Below are positions 42,816 through 45,560 of a stretch of 45,560 bases of DNA, one piece after another. Made by a program: the position numbers and the translations under genes. Positions within the stretch are counted from its first letter, which is position 1, and each line of letters starts with the position of its first letter. The notes under the pieces were generated by a model. The model saw nothing but the letters and a program-made list of their open reading frames with translations, was not told the origin of the DNA and made no database searches. Source of the stretch: Opitutus sp. GAS368. GTDB taxonomy: Bacteria > Verrucomicrobiota > Verrucomicrobiia > Opitutales > Opitutaceae. The DNA lies in NCBI GenBank assembly GCA_945861645.1, contig CAMAVZ010000016.1, positions 1 to 45,560 on the forward strand, read 5' to 3'.

Positions 42816-44945
42816 TCAAAATTGATAGGCGGCAGTTAACCCGATCTGGCGGGGCGCGGCCCGATCCTCATAACGTTTTTCAAGATAGTCGGGATCCTCA
42901 TTGCCAAAGAAAAAGACCCGCTGGTCATATTTTTCATTGAGCAGATTTTTGCCCCAGAGCGTCAGGGTCCAAGTCCGCCAAGCATAACCCCACGTGGCAT
43001 TGATAACCTGAAATGCCCGGCGGGACTCATTTTGATTATTCGAATCAAATTGCTGCGCGCGGGCGACCCATTCGGCGGAAGCGAAATAGCCCGATGCCGG
43101 GCGATAGGTGGTTGAAAGAGTATAACCATAACGGGGCGTGTTCGCGAGCGGGCGGCCCCCACCCAGATTGCCATTCGTCAGAGTAAAGCGCTGAAGATTG
43201 GATTGCATCAGCGCCAGCGTGCCGCGGACCGACCAAGCCTTCATGATGGCGTAACTTCCTGCGGCTTCCAAGCCAGCGACATTGGCGCGCTGGGCATTAT
43301 CGGTGAAAAAACGGTAATTCCCACCGAACCCAGCCGAATCCCGGACTTGGGTATTTGCCCGTTGAATCAAAAAGGCGGTGATCTCTCCGGTCAGTTGCTG
43401 CTTAAGCCAATTGCCCCGCAGGCCCGCTTCGTATTGCCAGAGATGCTCACTGCCGTACGTCACAGGATCTTGGGTTTGATCAATCCGTGCATCAATATTG
43501 ATGCCACCCGCCTTGTAGCCCCGCGTCAGTGCCAGAAAGGCAAATTCATGATCACTCAACTCATGTTCGAGCGTTAACTTACCCCCAGGCAAGATGTCGC
43601 TAAAACGGGGCGCAAATGTGACGACTGGCTCGGTAGCGCTTGAATTAAAATAAGTGACCATTTTCTTGCCGTCACCTGTGAGCGCGATGCGCTCCGCGCG
43701 CAGGCCAACCACGAGCCGCGTACGCGCGGTAAAATTGCGCCCCCACTGGCCAAAGATGGCCGCGTTTCGCGCGTCATACTGCGTAGCGAGGCCGCGCCGG
43801 CTGTAAGGATCTTGACCCACATACTGACTAGCTTCCGCCGTGCTCGAGAAAAAAGCTCCCAGCGTCCAGCGATCGCCCCCCTCCGACGCAGCCAGAGGCT
43901 CCGAATCGAGCCGCAGTTCTTGATTTAGGACGGTGCGCTCGCGCCGCAGATCACTGAAACCGGCATAGGAGGCCGCGGTCCAGTCATCATCATAGCTATA
44001 AATTGAACGGGAGTGCACGCCACTGGTTATAGTCGTGAAGCGCCCGGCGGCCCAACCGCGGTACGTGCCACGTAAACTGGCGGCGAGCGAGCGCTGTTCA
44101 TCGCGTCCGGGCTGATCGCTGTAAGTGAAGCGACCATTATTATCTAAAGCGAAGGCATCGAAGCCGTTATTAAAATTTGCCGCGATCGCCGCACCGGCCC
44201 AAGTCCAGAGGGGCTGCGGATGCCACGTGAGCCGCACCCGCGCCGTGAATTCATCCCGCGCGTTCGTCGCTCGGTTCAGCGTCACATTGCGCCGAAAGCC
44301 GTCGCTCGAAGTTTGCTGCAAGGCAACCCGCGCCATGAATTGCTCCGGGCGGGCCGCTACAAGAGGACCACCAAACGCTAAGCTCCCGGTACGCAAAGCA
44401 TCGCTGCCCACACTGCTCTCGGCTTGCCCCGTCCAGAATGGCGTCGGGGCATTGGTTACCATCCGCACCACCCCGCCGGCCGCGTTCGCTCCGAACGCAC
44501 CCGCCTGCGCGCCGCGCAGCACCTCCACTTGGCTCACATCAAACGTACTGCCGATGGTCCCTAGCCCCGTGAAGTCAAAATCATCGATTAGAAAGCGCAC
44601 CGCTGAGTCTGGCGTCTCGCCCTCGTATTGAGAATTTTCCCCCAGGCCACGGATCTGCAGATAACGAGGGCGCGAGGTGCCGCCCGTCCAAGTAAGATTG
44701 GGCATCTGATCCACCAAATCGCCAAAATGCCGCACGGCGCCAGCGCGAAGACTGGTCTCATCGAAGACCGATACGCTTGCCGGCATGCGCGCGAGGGGCG
44801 AGGCCCAGATATCTGCGGTGACGCGCAACGGCGCTAACGCGATGGGCGCAGAGTCACGCGCGGCGGCGGGCGAAATTTGCGCCCGCGCGGCGGCGGCCGC
44901 CGACAGCGTCAGAATAAAATAAAACGATCGGGTCTGAGTTAGCAT
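42816..44945 (-). CDS. TonB-dependent outer-membrane receptor, probably for thiamine or a thiamine precursor
   Basis: Signal peptide, plug motifs (PNL, IRG, VEVLRGAQ...GG), beta-barrel, KNLLN, C-terminal YQF. Substrate is inferred from the upstream TPP riboswitch. Start ATG 44945. Confidence 0.9.
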   Translation of the reverse strand: MLTQTRSFYFILTLSAAAAARAQISPAAARDSAPIALAPLRVTADIWASPLARMPASVSVFDETSLRAGAVRHFGDLVDQMPNLTWTGGTSRPRYLQIRGLGENSQYEGETPDSAVRFLIDDFDFTGLGTIGSTFDVSQVEVLRGAQAGAFGANAAGGVVRMVTNAPTPFWTGQAESSVGSDALRTGSLAFGGPLVAARPEQFMARVALQQTSSDGFRRNVTLNRATNARDEFTARVRLTWHPQPLWTWAGAAIAANFNNGFDAFALDNNGRFTYSDQPGRDEQRSLAASLRGTYRGWAAGRFTTITSGVHSRSIYSYDDDWTAASYAGFSDLRRERTVLNQELRLDSEPLAASEGGDRWTLGAFFSSTAEASQYVGQDPYSRRGLATQYDARNAAIFGQWGRNFTARTRLVVGLRAERIALTGDGKKMVTYFNSSATEPVVTFAPRFSDILPGGKLTLEHELSDHEFAFLALTRGYKAGGINIDARIDQTQDPVTYGSEHLWQYEAGLRGNWLKQQLTGEITAFLIQRANTQVRDSAGFGGNYRFFTDNAQRANVAGLEAAGSYAIMKAWSVRGTLALMQSNLQRFTLTNGNLGGGRPLANTPRYGYTLSTTYRPASGYFASAEWVARAQQFDSNNQNESRRAFQVINATWGYAWRTWTLTLWGKNLLNEKYDQRVFFFGNEDPDYLEKRYEDRAAPRQIGLTAAYQF

Positions 44946-45010
44946 AGAGTTGGCGCCCAACCCAAAATTGACCCACCGAAAGCGAAACCGAGAGTGCCGT
45001 GGCACTCTCT

Positions 45011-45111
45011 TGCTTGTTTCCTTCGCCGGTATGATCCGTTTCAGGTTCAGAGGGTCGAGCAGCCGAGCGAGCCGCAATCTCAGTCCTCCGCGGAGGACAC
45101 CCCTACGAGCA
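45011..45111 (-). promoter_or_regulatory. TPP (THI-box) riboswitch
   Basis: Minus strand reads GGGGUG-uccuccgcggagga-CUGAGA-(extra stem)-ACCCUCUGAACCUGAaacggaUCAUACCGGCGAAGGAA, with P1 UGCUCGU/ACAAGCA. Confidence 0.95.
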
Positions 45112-45116
45112 GGCAC

Positions 45117-45145
45117 AGGCTCAGGAGGGATTTATTTCAGGTCAA
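45117..45145 (-). promoter_or_regulatory. Candidate promoter for the riboswitch-TBDR transcript
   Basis: TTGACC (45145-45140)-N17-GAGCCT (45122-45117), ending 5 nt before riboswitch P1. Confidence 0.5.
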
Positions 45146-45210
45146 CCACTGAATTAGATTAAACTTAATTCCACCGTACGATTGGCCGCAAAAAACAAAA
45201 ACGGGAAGAT

Positions 45211-45278
45211 AACTGCGCAGGACAGGAAGCTACGCGAAGCGTTCGAACCCTTCGCGCAGCTTCGTGGGCTTCGCGGTT
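45211..45278. repeat. 68-bp imperfect palindrome (REP-like)
   Basis: The left arm AACTGCGCAGGACAGGAAGCTACGCGAAGCGTTC and the reverse complement of the right arm AACCGCGAAGCCCACGAAGCTGCGCGAAGGGTTC match at 27 of 34 positions. Confidence 0.7.
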
Positions 45279-45496
45279 GATAACGCCTTGAATGGATTTC
45301 GGCGCCTCTCGTGGCCTGTGCCCGTCTGACTCGGCCACCTGACCAGCGAGCCCTATAAATCATGAAGGGCGCCCCTAACGGGACGCCCTGCATGACCTAA
45401 CACCAAGCAAACCTATGAACTCAAAACTAATTACAATGAGTAAGACGGCGTTAATTCAGAAACGTTGAATTTATTTTAAAAAAAATTCAGCCAGCT

Positions 45497-45536
45497 AAAA
45501 TATTAAGGGGCCCCTCTTGCGAGCGGCCCCTTAATA
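45497..45536 (-). terminator. Terminator-like hairpin, probably for a minus-strand gene beyond the right edge
   Basis: 12-bp stem TATTAAGGGGCC (45501-45512) / GGCCCCTTAATA (45525-45536) with AAAA at 45497-45500. Confidence 0.65.
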
Positions 45537-45560
45537 ACCTAAAACACCTAAAACACCTAA
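45537..45560. repeat. 9-bp tandem repeat ACCTAAAAC, at least 2.7 copies, truncated by the window edge
   Basis: ACCTAAAAC ACCTAAAAC ACCTAA at 45537-45560. Confidence 0.7.

Overview
GC-rich bacterial chromosomal window of mostly core genes. The protein styles suggest Verrucomicrobiota, probably Opitutaceae; this is inference from recalled similarity, not a search. In order: the 5' end of a gene running off the left edge (possibly PilM-like, missed by the ORF track); a 33-aa bS22 (AURKAIP1/COX24-type) ribosomal protein gene, also missed; an AddA/AddB-like helicase-nuclease pair; rpsT; RNase P RNA directly behind a C4 zinc-ribbon gene; gyrB-gyrA; a PTS IIA domain protein; corA; an M28 peptidase remnant; a WecB/TagA glycosyltransferase; rny-queF-DEDDh exonuclease; an exosortase-EpsI fusion beside a polysaccharide cluster (3 GT4, Wzx, O-antigen ligase/Wzy-like); rodA; rne/rng; an Mla/MCE-type ABC operon; HAD, TylF-like, DUF2721 and MaoC genes; recD2; a degraded small-gene remnant; a secreted M16B peptidase pair; and a TPP-riboswitch-controlled TonB-dependent receptor. 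No CRISPR array, integrase, transposase or prophage was seen, and I cannot support a claim of a wholly new multi-gene system. The best leads are the hidden bS22 gene, the rnpB overlap and extra helix, a recurring promoter-like motif implying leaderless or very short-leader mRNAs, an AddB lacking the Fe-S cysteines, two pseudogene remnants and REP-like palindromes.
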